Source: Methanobacteriota archaeon (lineage in GTDB: Archaea; Methanobacteriota; Methanobacteria; Methanobacteriales; Methanobacteriaceae). Taken from it: a stretch of 64,000 nucleotides of DNA. The position numbers and the translations under genes are program-made. Location of the stretch: assembly GCA_963787255.1 (NCBI GenBank), contig CAWBCJ010000029.1, positions 352,001-416,000 on the forward strand, in the 5' to 3' direction. This document shows, one piece after another, positions 12,653 to 26,312 of the stretch; position 1 is the first letter of the stretch, and each line of letters begins with the position of its first letter. The notes beneath the pieces were generated by a model. It searched no databases. It saw only the letters and a list, made by a program, of their open reading frames with translations, and was not told the origin of the DNA.

Positions 12653-14392
12653 ATGAGAGGCGGCGAAGCGCTAATTAAATCGCTAACAGATCAAGGAGTA
12701 GATGTTGTCTTTGGATACCCCGGAGGCGTTTTACTCCCTTTATACGATGTAATTTATGATTCTGATTTAAGACATATTTTAGTAAGACATGAACAGTGTG
12801 CAGCACATGCTGCGGATGGATATGCAAGGGCATCTGGAAGGGTAGGAGTATGCATTGGTACATCCGGCCCAGGAGCTACAAATTTAGTTACAGGAATTGC
12901 AACAGCTTATATGGATTCTTCACCAATTGTAGCAATTGCTGGACAGGTTCCAACCGGACTTATTGGTAACGACGCATTCCAGGAAGTGGATACAATAGGA
13001 ATGACCATGCCCATTACCAAACACAACTTCCAGGCAATGGATCCCCAAGAAATTCCAGGAATAATGAAATCTGCATTTTACATAGCTGGAACAGGAAGAC
13101 CTGGACCTGTAGTCGTGGATTTACCTAAAGATGTTCAGGAACAGGAACTGGACGAAAAACATGAAATCAGAATTGATTTACCAGGTTACAAACCAACCAA
13201 AAAAGGACATCCATTGCAGATTAAAAGAGCTGCTAATTTAATTGCAAACTCTAAAAAACCAGTTATACTTGCGGGGGGAGGAGTTATATTATCAAACTCT
13301 TCAGAAGAGCTCTTACAGCTTTCAGAAATAACTAACGCCCCTGTTGTTACCTCTCTACTGGGTAAAGGATCTTTTCCTGAAGATCATTCCTATGCACTTG
13401 GAATGCTTGGAATGCACGGAACAAAAACATCTAACCTTGCAGTAGACCAATGTGACTGTCTGATTGCAGTTGGATGCAGATTTTCAGATAGGACCACTGG
13501 AAACGTTGCAGAATTCGCTAAAAATGCCAAAATCATTCACATAGACATTGATCCAGCTGAGATCGGTAAAAACATAGATGTTGATATCCCTATAGTAGGG
13601 GACGCGAAGATAACACTTTCAAGTCTTGTCAAAGCCATTAATCAGCTTAAAAGCAGCGGGAAAACTGCTGAATGGATGGGATACATACAGGATTTTAAAA
13701 GATCAAACATACCTCGAGTATCCTTTGACGATATTCCTCTTAAACCACAACAAGTAATAAAGGAAATAATGAACGCTACCAATGAAGAAACTATCATGAC
13801 AACCGATGTTGGTTTAAATCAAATGTGGATGGCTCATTACTTCAAAACAAGACATCCAAGGACATTTTTATCCTCAGGCGGGCTTGGGACTATGGGATTC
13901 GGTTTCCCCGCAGCAATGGGAGCAAAAGTTGCAAAACCAGAAAGCGACGTTGTAGCAGTCTGTGGAGATGGAGGGTTCCTTATGGTTTCACAGGACCTTG
14001 CAACTATTAAAGAGTACGATATCCCTGTTGTAATCTGTATTTTAGATAACAGATACCTTGGAATGGTTGCTCAATGGCAAAAGCTATTCTATGATAAGAG
14101 GTTGTCACATACACACCTTGGAGAAGTTCCTGACTTTGTAAAACTTGCAGAAGCCTTTGGAGTAGCTGCACATCGTGTGGAAAAACCTGGAGAAGTTCAG
14201 GAAACCCTTAAAAATGCAATTAATTCCGGAGAACCAACACTTATAGATATCACAATTGACCCTGAAGAAATCCTTCCAATGGTACCTCCAGGCTGCGGAC
14301 TGACTGAAATGGTTGGCGAGTACAAAATAGAGCTTGAAAGTTCCGATGGAGTACCATATTACAGAGAAGCTGAAGTGAGGCCCGGTGATTAA
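12653..14392 (+). CDS. ilvB: Acetolactate synthase large subunit
   Basis: [27 protein letters not shown] motif. Confidence 0.96.
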   Translation: MRGGEALIKSLTDQGVDVVFGYPGGVLLPLYDVIYDSDLRHILVRHEQCAAHAADGYARASGRVGVCIGTSGPGATNLVTGIATAYMDSSPIVAIAGQVPTGLIGNDAFQEVDTIGMTMPITKHNFQAMDPQEIPGIMKSAFYIAGTGRPGPVVVDLPKDVQEQELDEKHEIRIDLPGYKPTKKGHPLQIKRAANLIANSKKPVILAGGGVILSNSSEELLQLSEITNAPVVTSLLGKGSFPEDHSYALGMLGMHGTKTSNLAVDQCDCLIAVGCRFSDRTTGNVAEFAKNAKIIHIDIDPAEIGKNIDVDIPIVGDAKITLSSLVKAINQLKSSGKTAEWMGYIQDFKRSNIPRVSFDDIPLKPQQVIKEIMNATNEETIMTTDVGLNQMWMAHYFKTRHPRTFLSSGGLGTMGFGFPAAMGAKVAKPESDVVAVCGDGGFLMVSQDLATIKEYDIPVVICILDNRYLGMVAQWQKLFYDKRLSHTHLGEVPDFVKLAEAFGVAAHRVEKPGEVQETLKNAINSGEPTLIDITIDPEEILPMVPPGCGLTEMVGEYKIELESSDGVPYYREAEVRPGD

Positions 14393-14393
14393 G

Positions 14394-14894
14394 ATGGAAA
14401 AACAAAGAACCCACATAATAAGTGCCCTTGTACTTCACAAGCCGGGTGTCCTCCAAAGGGTAGCAGGACTCTTTACAAGAAGAGGATTTAACATAGAAAG
14501 TATTACTGTTGGAACTTCAGAGCAAGAAGGTATTGCCAGAATGACTATCATTGCAAAAGGCGATGGAAAAGTCTTAGAACAGATAACAAAGCAGTTAAAC
14601 AAGATTATTGATGTCATTAAAGTTAGGGATCTCGAACCAGAAAATACTGTAAAAAGAGAGCTTTGCCTGATTAAAGTCCATTCACCAACAGAAAAGATTA
14701 GATCTGAAGTAATTCAATACGTAAATATCTTCAGAGGAAGAGTAATTGACGTAAGCCCTGAAACATTGACTGTAGAAATTACAGGTGCCTCCGATAAGAT
14801 TGACGCCCTTATAGACCTTGTTAAAACCTTTGGAATAAAGGAAATAGCAAGAACAGGCCCTACAGCAATGTCAAGAGGTTTAAAAACAATTTAA
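14394..14894 (+). CDS. ilvN: Acetolactate synthase small (regulatory) subunit
   Basis: [28 protein letters not shown] domain; directly after ilvB. Confidence 0.96.
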   Translation: MEKQRTHIISALVLHKPGVLQRVAGLFTRRGFNIESITVGTSEQEGIARMTIIAKGDGKVLEQITKQLNKIIDVIKVRDLEPENTVKRELCLIKVHSPTEKIRSEVIQYVNIFRGRVIDVSPETLTVEITGASDKIDALIDLVKTFGIKEIARTGPTAMSRGLKTI

Positions 14895-15060
14895 ATCCCT
14901 CTTTTATTTTTTATATATTATTTAAAGAATTTCACGCAGATTGAAAAATAATGGATAATAAAATTTATAAATTAACCAGAGATAATATTCTAACAGAATT
15001 AATTTTTACCTTTCACTTGGTAAATTATTTATCTTATTTAAAGTCATCGGGAGGCATTAT

Positions 15061-16047
15061 ATGAACATACATTATGAAAAAGACGTAGATTTAGACGTTT
15101 TAAAGGATAAAACAATTGCAGTTATAGGTTACGGAAGTCAAGGAATGGCCCAGGCAAAAAACATGTCTGAAAGTGGTTTAAATGTTGTTGTCGGGCTCAG
15201 AGAAGGTGGAGCATCATGGAATGTTGCAAAAGCTGACGGTTTAGAAGTACTACCTGTTAAAGAAGCAGCTGCAAAAGCTGATATAATCCACATACTCATT
15301 CCTGACGAAATTCAGGCAGCAGTTTATGAAAGCGAAATTGCAGAAGGATTAGAAGAAGGAAACACACTTACATTCTCACACGGATACAATATACACTATG
15401 GATACATAAACCCACCAAAAAATGTTAACGTTGCAATGGTAGCACCAAAAGCACCGGGTGCAACAGTAAGAAGACAATACGAAGATGGATTTGGAGTTCC
15501 TGGACTTGTAGCTGTTGAACAGGACTTCACTGGAAACGCGAAAAACATTGTGCTTGCAATGGCCAAAGGATCAGGCCTTACAAGAGCCGGAGTTCTTGAA
15601 ACAACATTCAAAGAAGAAACAGAAACCGATTTATTCGGTGAACAAGCAGTACTCTGCGGAGGGGCAACAGAACTGATTAAAGCAGGATTCCAGACCCTTG
15701 TAGAAGCTGGTTACCAGCCAGAAATCGCTTACTTTGAAACATGCCACGAATTAAAACTTATAATCGACCTCATATACGAAAAAGGATTTGCTGGAATGTG
15801 GCACGATGTAAGTAACACTGCAGAATTCGGCGGGCTTACAAGAAGAGAAAGAATAATTAACGAAGAATCAAGAAAAGAAATGAAAAAGATTCTAGAAGAA
15901 ATCCAAAAAGGTAAATTTACTAGAGAATGGACTCTGGAAAATCAAGCTGGAACACCAATGCTCAACAGAATGAGGGACATGGAAGACGAACTTCAAATCG
16001 AAGAAGTTGGTACCAAACTCCGAAAGCTCTGCGGGTTACAAAAATAA
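15061..16047 (+). CDS. ilvC: Ketol-acid reductoisomerase
   Basis: [35 protein letters not shown]. Confidence 0.97.
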   Translation: MNIHYEKDVDLDVLKDKTIAVIGYGSQGMAQAKNMSESGLNVVVGLREGGASWNVAKADGLEVLPVKEAAAKADIIHILIPDEIQAAVYESEIAEGLEEGNTLTFSHGYNIHYGYINPPKNVNVAMVAPKAPGATVRRQYEDGFGVPGLVAVEQDFTGNAKNIVLAMAKGSGLTRAGVLETTFKEETETDLFGEQAVLCGGATELIKAGFQTLVEAGYQPEIAYFETCHELKLIIDLIYEKGFAGMWHDVSNTAEFGGLTRRERIINEESRKEMKKILEEIQKGKFTREWTLENQAGTPMLNRMRDMEDELQIEEVGTKLRKLCGLQK

Positions 16048-16132
16048 ATTTCCTTAACCAAAGGCTTCAAAAATATAATTTCTTTTTTTAATTTTTATGA
16101 TATTTTTGTAAAGCTAAAATAAAGGTGAATCT

Positions 16133-17125
16133 GTGGTATTTGTTGGAATGGATCACGGGACCACTGGAGTTTCCTTCAGTATCCTAGACGATGAAACATC
16201 ATTTTTCAAAATTTCAAGGGAAGACTGTTCCTCTGGAGAAGTTTCTGTAATTGAAGAACTTTCAAAAAGGATTAATCTGAATTCTATCGACCTCATGGCC
16301 ATAACCTATGCCATGGGTGACGCTCTTAATGCCGTAACCCCTATTAATAAGGTTATTGACCGAGGAATTCTCTCAATGGAAGGCGCTGGCAAGGTAACCG
16401 GTGGTGGAACTGCAGTTTACGATGAAATTGAAAATTCAGGGATTCCTACATTGGTAATACCTGGAATTCATAAAACAACTCCTTGTCTCGATGAAAGATT
16501 TAAGGCCGCTTATTCTCACCATGCAAGTTCAGAAAAAGTCAGCATATGTTATAATGCCTTCATGGAAACTGGATTTGAAAACATGATTGTTTCAGACATC
16601 AGTTCCAACACAGTAACCATGCTCATTGAAAATGGTGAAATTAAAGGAGCTGTAGACGCCTGCCTTGGCGCTATGGGTATTATTCATGGTCCACTTGATC
16701 TTGAAATGCTCAGAGATATAGATAATGGGATGAAAACTGCCAATGAATGCTTTTCAAGAGCTGGAGCAGTGAAGATCGCCGATGTGGATGAAAAGATCAG
16801 TAAGATCAAGGATAAAATCATCCAAAACTATTTAGCCCAGGATGAAAAGGCCAAACTTGCAATTGAAACCATGATCATGACTATAGTGATGGAAATTTAT
16901 GGATTAGCTGGAATTACAAAAAAAGTTGAAGGAATTGTTTTAACCGGTTCAATTGGTTCGATGCGGTACCCTATTGATATTTTCAGTGCTATAAAAAAAG
17001 AAATTGGGTGTATTGCTCCAGTTGTATATATTGGAGAGAGATCAGGGTCTCTTGGAAGTGCTCAAATTGCTAAAGCTGTTTTTGAGGGTGAAAAGGATAT
17101 TTTAGGGATCCCCATAATTTTTTAG
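16133..17125 (+). CDS. Methanogenesis marker 12 protein (UPF0285, ASKHA-like)
   Basis: MVFVGMDHGTTG, YAMGD, GAGKVTGGGT, YSHHASSEK, DISSNTVT, HGPLDLE. Confidence 0.85.
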   Translation: MVFVGMDHGTTGVSFSILDDETSFFKISREDCSSGEVSVIEELSKRINLNSIDLMAITYAMGDALNAVTPINKVIDRGILSMEGAGKVTGGGTAVYDEIENSGIPTLVIPGIHKTTPCLDERFKAAYSHHASSEKVSICYNAFMETGFENMIVSDISSNTVTMLIENGEIKGAVDACLGAMGIIHGPLDLEMLRDIDNGMKTANECFSRAGAVKIADVDEKISKIKDKIIQNYLAQDEKAKLAIETMIMTIVMEIYGLAGITKKVEGIVLTGSIGSMRYPIDIFSAIKKEIGCIAPVVYIGERSGSLGSAQIAKAVFEGEKDILGIPIIF

Positions 17126-17422
17126 TTAACCCCCACCTACACCAGGACCATCATTGGTGTCAGAAATCTCAACTGGAATTTTCACTTTAAATTGCCTTGA
17201 CTTCGATTTAGGCCTATTCGACTTTGGATTTATAGGGGCATTTTTACCTTCAATAACTGCAATATAATCACTTCTATAATAAAGACCGCTGGAATCAAGC
17301 TTAATCCATGCTATTTCTTCTTTAATCAAAATTTTATCCACTTTACCCAATGTGTGGGTTCCAATGTACTTTACTTGCAGTCCATTGCTGATTTTTTTTC
17401 CATTCACGTCTAAAACTTCCAT
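17126..17422 (-). CDS. DUF2098-family methanogen protein
   Basis: VKY.GT.T.GKV, W.KLD....Y, C-terminal GGG. Confidence 0.7.
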   Translation of the reverse strand: MEVLDVNGKKISNGLQVKYIGTHTLGKVDKILIKEEIAWIKLDSSGLYYRSDYIAVIEGKNAPINPKSNRPKSKSRQFKVKIPVEISDTNDGPGVGGG

Positions 17423-17464
17423 CAAATCACGTTTGATTTAGTTTAAAAAAAATAATTATTGACT

Positions 17465-18241
17465 TTATTCAAGCCAGTTTTTCATTAAATTAACGTCTGC
17501 AGTGCAATCAATAGATATTGGAGTTACTGTAGGGCATTTCATGTTTTTAAGAGTTCCAACATCTGTTCCCTCTTCATCTGTTCCAATTGGGTCTCCATCT
17601 ATCCAGTAATACTCCCTACCCCTTGGATCTAACCTTTTTTGTATGTGAATCGAATACATTTTTCTTCCAAGCCTTGTTAATTTGATTTTATGGCTTTCAG
17701 GATGTGAAGGAATGTTTACATTTAAAAAGTCGATTCCATCAGGAAGTCCTTTATTTATAATTCTTTTTGATAGTTTTCTGGTGATTTTCTGGGCGAAATC
17801 AAAATCAAGGTCAACGTGACCGTCGTGAAATTTAATATCATCTCTTGTAACCTGCATTGAAAGCGCCAGTGCAGGTACTCCATGAACTACCGCTTCCATG
17901 GCGGCGCCTATGGTACCGGAAGTAGTAAGTTCGGCCATGCCCAGATTTTCCCCAATATTAATACCGGAAATAAGTAAATCAGGCTTTTTATTCATTATTT
18001 CGTAAATTCCAAGTATTACCGCGTCTGTTGGTGTTCCCGAAACTGAATGTGCGTGACTTCCATCTAACAAAGTTGCTAAAGAAACTCTTATTGGCTCAAA
18101 TAGCGTTAGTGCATGTCCTATACCACTTTGTTGTGTTGCAGGCGCCACAACGTCAATTTCTCCAAGTCCGCTTACAGCATTTTTTGCTGCTACAATTCCT
18201 GAAGAGTTCACTCCGTCATCATTAGTTATCAAAATTCGCAT
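17465..18241 (-). CDS. surE: 5'/3'-nucleotidase SurE
   Basis: ILITNDDGV, QQSGIG, GTPTD, SGINIGEN, SGTIGAA. Confidence 0.96.
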   Translation of the reverse strand: MRILITNDDGVNSSGIVAAKNAVSGLGEIDVVAPATQQSGIGHALTLFEPIRVSLATLLDGSHAHSVSGTPTDAVILGIYEIMNKKPDLLISGINIGENLGMAELTTSGTIGAAMEAVVHGVPALALSMQVTRDDIKFHDGHVDLDFDFAQKITRKLSKRIINKGLPDGIDFLNVNIPSHPESHKIKLTRLGRKMYSIHIQKRLDPRGREYYWIDGDPIGTDEEGTDVGTLKNMKCPTVTPISIDCTADVNLMKNWLE

Positions 18242-18552
18242 ACACCATATTTATTTTTAGACTCTAAAAAAGTTTATCCAAAAATTTAATAAAAAAAAAT
18301 AATGACTACTAGAAATTAAAGAGGTGGATATTATTTGTGAAGTTTGGATTAGCTCACATAACTCTATGACCTAAAAATACAATTTATGGATAAAAATTAC
18401 TGCCAAAACTATCAGCACCCCAAAGCTTGATAGTCATATATCGTTAAAAGTAAATACTACATAATAAATAATGGAAATGGGGTTTAATATAATCATTATT
18501 TAATATATAAAAATTATATTTTTAATTCTCACATTTGTAAAGGGTGAGGGCA

Positions 18553-19326
18553 TTGGAAAAAAAGAGATTGGTAGATTTCGTTGCAAAAATAATGGAAAAA
18601 TCAGGATTTAAAGTACAAACAAACTACAGAACATCGAAATATGTCGTAGATGTATATGGCATACTACCAACCGTTTTAGGAGATATAGGCGTAGTAGTGG
18701 CTTGTAAAAACTACGAAGAGCGCTGGAAAGTTGGTATGGACGTGCTTAAAGAGATGGAGATGACTGCAAAAACCCTTCAAGCTTCTAAAGTAGTTGTAAT
18801 AACCACATCTGATTTTTCAGAAAATGCTGTAAGCTATGCGGATAGGAGAGGCATTAAACTAATAAATAAAGATGGATTAATGGTCCTTGCAAAAAAATTC
18901 TCTAAAAAAACAGAAACCTACGAAAATACAGATAATGATTTAGAAGAAAGGGAAGATGTTGACGATGAAGATTTCATTCCATCAAAGTTTACAGGAAGTT
19001 CATTTATGAGCAAAGGGAAAAGAGGATCGCTTTCTGGAAGAAGGAGAAGTAATATATCAAACAAACTTCAAGCATGGAGTAAGGCCATCTTAGGCAGTAC
19101 AATAGGGCTTATTATAATTGTATTAGCAGTTTCAACACTTTTAACTTATCTTATCCAAAGTCCAAATCAAGCACTGTCAGGAATCTTAAAGATTTTCTTT
19201 GCTGCTGTTTTGTCTTATGGTATTGTAATTGCTTTAGAACGGGATTTAATGGTAACCCTTATAAAAGGCAGCACTGTATTTTTCGTGACACTTATAATTT
19301 ACATAGCTTTGATTATTTTCATCTAA
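18553..19326 (+). CDS. Mrr-like restriction endonuclease-fold protein with three C-terminal TM helices
   Basis: GFKV...VDVYG...VVACKN...VVITTSDFSENA...GIKLIN (Mrr_cat pattern); acidic/basic linker; hydrophobic C-terminus. Confidence 0.75.
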   Translation: MEKKRLVDFVAKIMEKSGFKVQTNYRTSKYVVDVYGILPTVLGDIGVVVACKNYEERWKVGMDVLKEMEMTAKTLQASKVVVITTSDFSENAVSYADRRGIKLINKDGLMVLAKKFSKKTETYENTDNDLEEREDVDDEDFIPSKFTGSSFMSKGKRGSLSGRRRSNISNKLQAWSKAILGSTIGLIIIVLAVSTLLTYLIQSPNQALSGILKIFFAAVLSYGIVIALERDLMVTLIKGSTVFFVTLIIYIALIIFI

Positions 19327-19445
19327 CAGCTTTCAAATCAAAGCTATTAAAACTTTAGTTTACTAAAATTTAGAAAAAATCATTTTATGATTGTTTTAAA
19401 ATAAGTTTAATTTATTAATTCGGAAAATAGAGTTTTAATTCTTAG

Positions 19446-19518
<73 letters not shown>

Positions 19519-19547
19519 AGTCAGTATTTTCAAGTATTGGCGAGCAG

Positions 19548-19565
19548 TATATATAAACTTTTCTG
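19548..19565 (-). promoter_or_regulatory. BRE/TATA promoter of tRNA-Val
   Basis: Minus strand CAGAAAAG-TTTATATATA about 30 nt upstream of the tRNA. Confidence 0.65.
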
Positions 19566-19722
19566 CTTGGTTTTAAAAAATGAATTTTTATAAACCCGCG
19601 CTTATTATATATTACTAATTAACAATCCAATAGTTGAATATTAAAAATTAATGGATTAAATTATAACTATAACATAATTCTTTGTGTTTAATATAATGTT
19701 AAAGTAAAAAAGAGGAATTTTT

Positions 19723-20646
19723 ATGGCTTTCAATGAAAATGGGAAAATATGGTTCAATGGAGAACTGGTTGACTGGAAAGATGCAAATATACATGTTCTA
19801 TCTCACGTTGTTCATTACGGTTCAAGTGTATTTGAAGGTATTAGATGTTATAACACAAAAAACGGCCCTGCAGTATTTCGTTTGCGGGAGCACGTTGAAA
19901 GGTTGTTTAATTCAGGGAAAATTTATAGAATGGATATTCCCTACACTGTAGATGAACTCTGTGATGCTATAATAGAAATAATTAAGGTTAATGATTTAAA
20001 AGATTGCTACATAAGACCTGTTGCATTTAGAGGATACCATGAATTGGGCGTTTATCCCTTGAATTGCCCCTTAGAAACTGTTATTGCAGCATGGGAATGG
20101 GGAAAGTACCTCGGTGAAGATGCAATTGAAAATGGGGTAGATCTTGGTGTTTCCACATGGAGGCGAATGGCGCCAAATACCCTCCCTAATATGGCCAAGG
20201 CCGGAGCCAACTATATGAATTCTCAGCTTGCGAAGATGGAATCTGTGTTCAATGGTTTTGATGAGGCAATAATGCTAGAATACAATGGGAGTGTCAGTGA
20301 AGGAAGCGGTGAAAACATATTTTTAGTTAAAGATGATATGATTTATACCCCTCATTCTTCTTTATCAATACTTTCAGGAATAACAAGGGACTCTGTAATT
20401 AAACTAGCAGAAGATGAAGGAATAGAAGTAAATGAAGAACCAATACCTAGAGAAATGCTTTATCTAGCTGATGAAATCTTTTTAACCGGTACCGCTGCTG
20501 AAATCACCCCAGTAAGATCTGTAGATAAAATAACAATTGGAACTGGAAAAAGAGGTCCAGTAACTGAAAAATTACAGACTAAATTCTTCAATATTGTTGA
20601 AGGTGAGGATGAAGATAATTTTGGCTGGTTGACTTTTGTAGAATGA
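19723..20646 (+). CDS. ilvE: Branched-chain amino acid aminotransferase
   Basis: [46 protein letters not shown]. Confidence 0.97.
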   Translation: MAFNENGKIWFNGELVDWKDANIHVLSHVVHYGSSVFEGIRCYNTKNGPAVFRLREHVERLFNSGKIYRMDIPYTVDELCDAIIEIIKVNDLKDCYIRPVAFRGYHELGVYPLNCPLETVIAAWEWGKYLGEDAIENGVDLGVSTWRRMAPNTLPNMAKAGANYMNSQLAKMESVFNGFDEAIMLEYNGSVSEGSGENIFLVKDDMIYTPHSSLSILSGITRDSVIKLAEDEGIEVNEEPIPREMLYLADEIFLTGTAAEITPVRSVDKITIGTGKRGPVTEKLQTKFFNIVEGEDEDNFGWLTFVE

Positions 20647-20844
20647 ACACATTCTATTTTTATTTTTGAAAGAAAATGTAATAAGGTTTAAGTTATTAGT
20701 TTTAAGTTATAACTTATCAGTCAAATTATAAATAGAAGCATAATTAAAAGAATAAAAGTAAAAAGTGATAAAGAAGTTATTTAGTTCTTAAAGCTCTTTA
20801 AATCAATTTAATTTTATAATATTTGTTAATAATTAGGTGAAATA

Positions 20845-21687
20845 ATGGATACTACTATAATAGGAATCATCATAGGAATAGTTCAGGGGTTAACAGAGTT
20901 TCTACCAGTAAGCAGTTCTGCACATCTCGTTTTCATGCATGCGCTTACAGGATTCAATTCAGAATCAAATTTAGCTTTCGATACTGTATTGCACTTGGGA
21001 TCACTGGTTGCAGTTATAATTTATTTCTGGAATGATGTAATTCACATGCTGAAGTCATTCTTCTCCAGTCTAATGGATATACCTCGCCGTCAATTTAAAA
21101 AAGGTATTAAAGAGGATAAGTTTAAGAAACTAGCATGGTTTGTAATAATCGGTACAATACCTGCTGGATTAGCTGGATATTTCTTCAAAGACTTTTTTGA
21201 AAGTCTTTTTAGTGATATAACTGCAGTGGCATTCTTCTTACTAATAACCGGTTTTATACTTTGGGGATCAGAAATGGTATCAAGAAAGACCCAAAAAAAG
21301 AGCAGTTTGAAAGAAATGAGCGTCAAAAACTCTCTTATAATTGGTATTGCCCAGGCATGCGCTATTGCTCCCGGTATTTCCCGTTCAGGAGCTACAATAT
21401 CTGCAGGTTTGTTTTTAGGACTTGAAAGAGAATTAGCAGCTCGATACAGCTTTTTACTTTCCATACCTGCTATTTTAGGGGCAGCTTTGGTTCAGGTGAA
21501 AGACATAGGTGCTGGCTTAGATATTAATACTGGCGCTTTCGTAGGTGGATTTATTGCAGCAGCCATATCTGGTTATCTGGCCATTAAATTAATGTTAAAA
21601 TTAGTAAAAGAGAGAGATTTGCTATTCTTTGCTTATTACTGCTGGATCGTTGGAGCTTTCGTCTTAATCTGGACTTTAGTTCTTTAA
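20845..21687 (+). CDS. uppP: Undecaprenyl-diphosphate phosphatase (BacA)
   Basis: QGLTEFLPVSSSAHL, PGISRSGATI, SFLLSIP. Confidence 0.95.
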   Translation: MDTTIIGIIIGIVQGLTEFLPVSSSAHLVFMHALTGFNSESNLAFDTVLHLGSLVAVIIYFWNDVIHMLKSFFSSLMDIPRRQFKKGIKEDKFKKLAWFVIIGTIPAGLAGYFFKDFFESLFSDITAVAFFLLITGFILWGSEMVSRKTQKKSSLKEMSVKNSLIIGIAQACAIAPGISRSGATISAGLFLGLERELAARYSFLLSIPAILGAALVQVKDIGAGLDINTGAFVGGFIAAAISGYLAIKLMLKLVKERDLLFFAYYCWIVGAFVLIWTLVL

Positions 21688-21694
21688 ACTCTCT

Positions 21695-21901
21695 TTATTC
21701 TTTTTCTTCTTCTTCGAATATGAATAAGTCGTCGATTTTGGTTTTTAAAACAACAGCTATATCATGAGCTAGTTTTAGTGAAGGGTTATATTTACCCTTT
21801 TCAAGGAAAACTATGGTTTCTCTTCTAACACCGACTTTTTCTGCAAGTTCTGCTTGAGTTAAATTGTGTCTGGCTCGGAATTCTTTAATTCTAGTTCTCA
21901 T
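21695..21901 (-). CDS. XRE-family HTH transcriptional regulator
   Basis: [32 protein letters not shown]. Confidence 0.92.
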   Translation of the reverse strand: MRTRIKEFRARHNLTQAELAEKVGVRRETIVFLEKGKYNPSLKLAHDIAVVLKTKIDDLFIFEEEEKE

Positions 21902-21973
21902 AAGATCCCATTAATTGATAGTTAAATCTTATTTCAACATGTTCTATTTTTTTAGATATTATTTCATATTCTT

Positions 21974-22543
21974 TCAATCGATATAGTCTATATCCCCTAT
22001 ACGGCTTAAAATTGCGTTAGCTACAAGCATTGTTGATATCATGACAAAAATTGTTAGTCCCATTAACTCTATAGGGTCATGAATTCTCTGCGACCAGTAC
22101 ATGGATACTACTAAGAAAGAAACAAACACTAAGGTTATGTACCATGACCATGTTGTTGCTAATGTTCCAATTTTCCTTAAACGCTCATCCTTGGCTGTCT
22201 TTTCCATTCCAATAGAAGCAAAAAAGCTTGATACATAAATTAAAATACCTAATAGTAATCCTATAGCAGCAAAATCATTCATTGTTTTTGTAGCCATTAA
22301 ATAAAATGAATCAACAAGTAATATGGCTGATCCAAGCCATATACTTATTTTATACATATCATAATTCCTTTCATGCTTTTTATTTTCTTTTTTTTCTCTA
22401 TTTTCGGTAGCTTTATCATAAACAGGAACTAAAAAGAACAGGAAAAATGCAAAAAATGCATAATATACTGGGTTCTCTAATACATACCCTAAAAGACCTA
22501 AAATTCCGAGAATACCCCAGAAATAATTAAATTTTGTTTTCAT
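21974..22543 (-). CDS. DUF2178-like membrane protein
   Basis: Multiple TM segments, KDER..KI...A..WSW motif, paired with an XRE gene. Confidence 0.7.
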   Translation of the reverse strand: MKTKFNYFWGILGILGLLGYVLENPVYYAFFAFFLFFLVPVYDKATENREKKENKKHERNYDMYKISIWLGSAILLVDSFYLMATKTMNDFAAIGLLLGILIYVSSFFASIGMEKTAKDERLRKIGTLATTWSWYITLVFVSFLVVSMYWSQRIHDPIELMGLTIFVMISTMLVANAILSRIGDIDYID

Positions 22544-22582
22544 TTTTATCACATCTTTCAATAGTTATTTATTTCAAACATA

Positions 22583-22623
22583 ATGTTAAAAATTTCTAAC
22601 TTCATGTTGTATAATTCTAACAT
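22583..22623. promoter_or_regulatory. Two quasi-palindromic sites, candidate XRE operators
   Basis: ATGTTAAAAATTTCTAACT (22583) and ATGTTGTATAATTCTAACAT (22604), 21 bp apart, between the TATA-like TTTAAAT (~22631) and the start. Confidence 0.55.
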
Positions 22624-22663
22624 AATACTATTTAAATCTTTTCATTATACCTAAAAAAAATAA

Positions 22664-23361
22664 TCACTTCAAAAGAATAGAATAAGCACCAAAATAGAAA
22701 TCATACCAAGAAATATAGTGATTAGTGAGTATATAAACCCACCATGTACTCCAGAAAACCTCCAAAACTGCAGCTATAGCTAAAAGCAAGAAAATCCTTA
22801 ATACTAATGGTAAAAAATCTTTCAAAACACTGTTTTTAAAAATATTAACATCCTTATCTCTAAGAGCGTTAAAAAAGGGAATATAAAATTTAAAAAATCC
22901 ATCTATAGTCAATAATGCAGCTAAAAATTCAAAGTAAATGTGAAAAGAACCCAAAATAACTAAAATTCCAGTATTAAACCCTAATTTTTCAATTAGAAAA
23001 AAAGTTGTTGTTCCCATTTTCATGAAAAGTCCGATCAAAATAACTGGAAATATGGCAACTCCAGAAAAAACACATAAAAGCGCTAAAATTACGTTATTTA
23101 AAAAAATATTAAAAGAAACTGCCCCAAGATAATAAAAAAACTGATTTAAAAAGTAATCAAACGTAATAACCTCTGGTAGTTGTATTTGTGCATCTATATT
23201 GCTCAAAAATAATCCATCCGGAAAAGTTGAATGGTGCTTGATCTAGGATTCATAAAGGCAAAGACTATTCCCAGTATATAAAATAGAATACAAACTACAA
23301 AAATCTCTTTAGAAGGTATAAATCCAGCAAAAAAAATTTTTAGTGATTTTAAGTAATTCAT
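22664..23361 (-). CDS. SpoIIM/DUF95-like membrane protein; apparent frameshift at ~23222
   Basis: IFLNN, H..FEF, LLAIAAVLEVF motifs; upstream frame MNYLKSLKIFFAGFIPSKEIFVVCILFYILGIVF joins after a shift. Confidence 0.65.
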
Positions 23362-23386
23362 AAACCTGAGATAATGATACTATTGT

Positions 23387-24454
23387 TTAGAAGATTTTTT
23401 TACAAAGATCCTCAACTTTCAACCTTATATCGTCCATTTTTGCATTTTTTAATGTTGCAGCAAACATAGCGCCTCCAGCTCCCACCCCTTCCTTCACGGA
23501 ACCTTCCAAATAGCTTTTAAGTCCTGCAACCGACGATTTTTCAAACTCCGGATCCAAAGCAAAAATTGAAATATCAGCAATCTGACCAGTTATATAATTT
23601 ATATCAGAAGTTTCATCCTCTGCAACAAAAATGGTTGTTGCAATGCATAAATTAGAAAAATCAAATTCATGTTTAATTCCTTTAATAACTGAGCATACTG
23701 CTGTCATCTGTGTACCGCCTGCAAGTGTAACTGGAATGGATGAACCTATTACAATCCCTGCAACAGCCGGAATCATTGGATCTCCTACTATTTCAACTGC
23801 ACGTAGAGCATCCTCTACAACATCGCCTTTTTCATAACCTGCAGCTTTAAGACCTTCCAGTACTACTTCATGCTTTAAATTATGTGGATTTTCAGGCATG
23901 CTGCCACTGACCTTCATTCTTGCATCGTATCCAAGCGCTGTTAAAACTCCTAAAGCAGTAGTTGTGCCTGCAGGAGTGCTTTCTCCGATTATAAGATGAT
24001 CAGTTATTTTTGATAAAATTTTACCAAGCATTATTCCTTTTTCAAATATATCCCTTGCATTAGGTACTGAATTCCCAGTTCTTATATCTCCACCGGCTTT
24101 ATCGCCCAACTTAATATAAGGGATGTCTGGTTTTATCCTAGCACCAGCATCAGCAACCATTATGGGAATATCGGCAATTTCGAGGCATGCTTTTGTTATT
24201 ACAGCAGGTGTTGGAGCAGGTTCATTCCCAACTACTGTTTGAGGGATTTGTGGAAGACATTTTGGCGCTCCATGCATTACAAGCTCTAAATCAGCTGCAG
24301 GTGTATAATCTGTTAATTTTGGTGTAGCACCTGCACCGGTGATTCCGGGAATGTTGGATGTTTTTGTAGTCGCGATAACGCATAAAAATAAAGGATTCTT
24401 ATTTTTAAGTTTTTCTAGGATTTCTGATGAGCCGTAGCATTTAATATTGTCCAT
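23387..24454 (-). CDS. cobT: Nicotinate-nucleotide-dependent phosphoribosyltransferase CobT (archaeal UPF0284 type)
   Basis: IPGITGAGA, PTPAVIT, GESTPAGTTTA, LAGGTQM, VKEGVGAGG. Confidence 0.9.
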   Translation of the reverse strand: MDNIKCYGSSEILEKLKNKNPLFLCVIATTKTSNIPGITGAGATPKLTDYTPAADLELVMHGAPKCLPQIPQTVVGNEPAPTPAVITKACLEIADIPIMVADAGARIKPDIPYIKLGDKAGGDIRTGNSVPNARDIFEKGIMLGKILSKITDHLIIGESTPAGTTTALGVLTALGYDARMKVSGSMPENPHNLKHEVVLEGLKAAGYEKGDVVEDALRAVEIVGDPMIPAVAGIVIGSSIPVTLAGGTQMTAVCSVIKGIKHEFDFSNLCIATTIFVAEDETSDINYITGQIADISIFALDPEFEKSSVAGLKSYLEGSVKEGVGAGGAMFAATLKNAKMDDIRLKVEDLCKKIF

Positions 24455-24595
24455 TGTACCACCATTGAAATTTATTAATGACAAAATTAAATATGAATAT
24501 AGTTATTAACTACTTCAATATATGGATTTAATTTTAACTATTAACTTGAAGATGAAGAATGAAAGTATATTATGATTTATACAGAATAAAATTGA

Positions 24596-26260
<1,665 letters not shown>

Positions 26261-26312
26261 GGGTTGATCAAAAATTTAAGGAGAATATAATAATTTTTCA
26301 TAGGTCATCATT

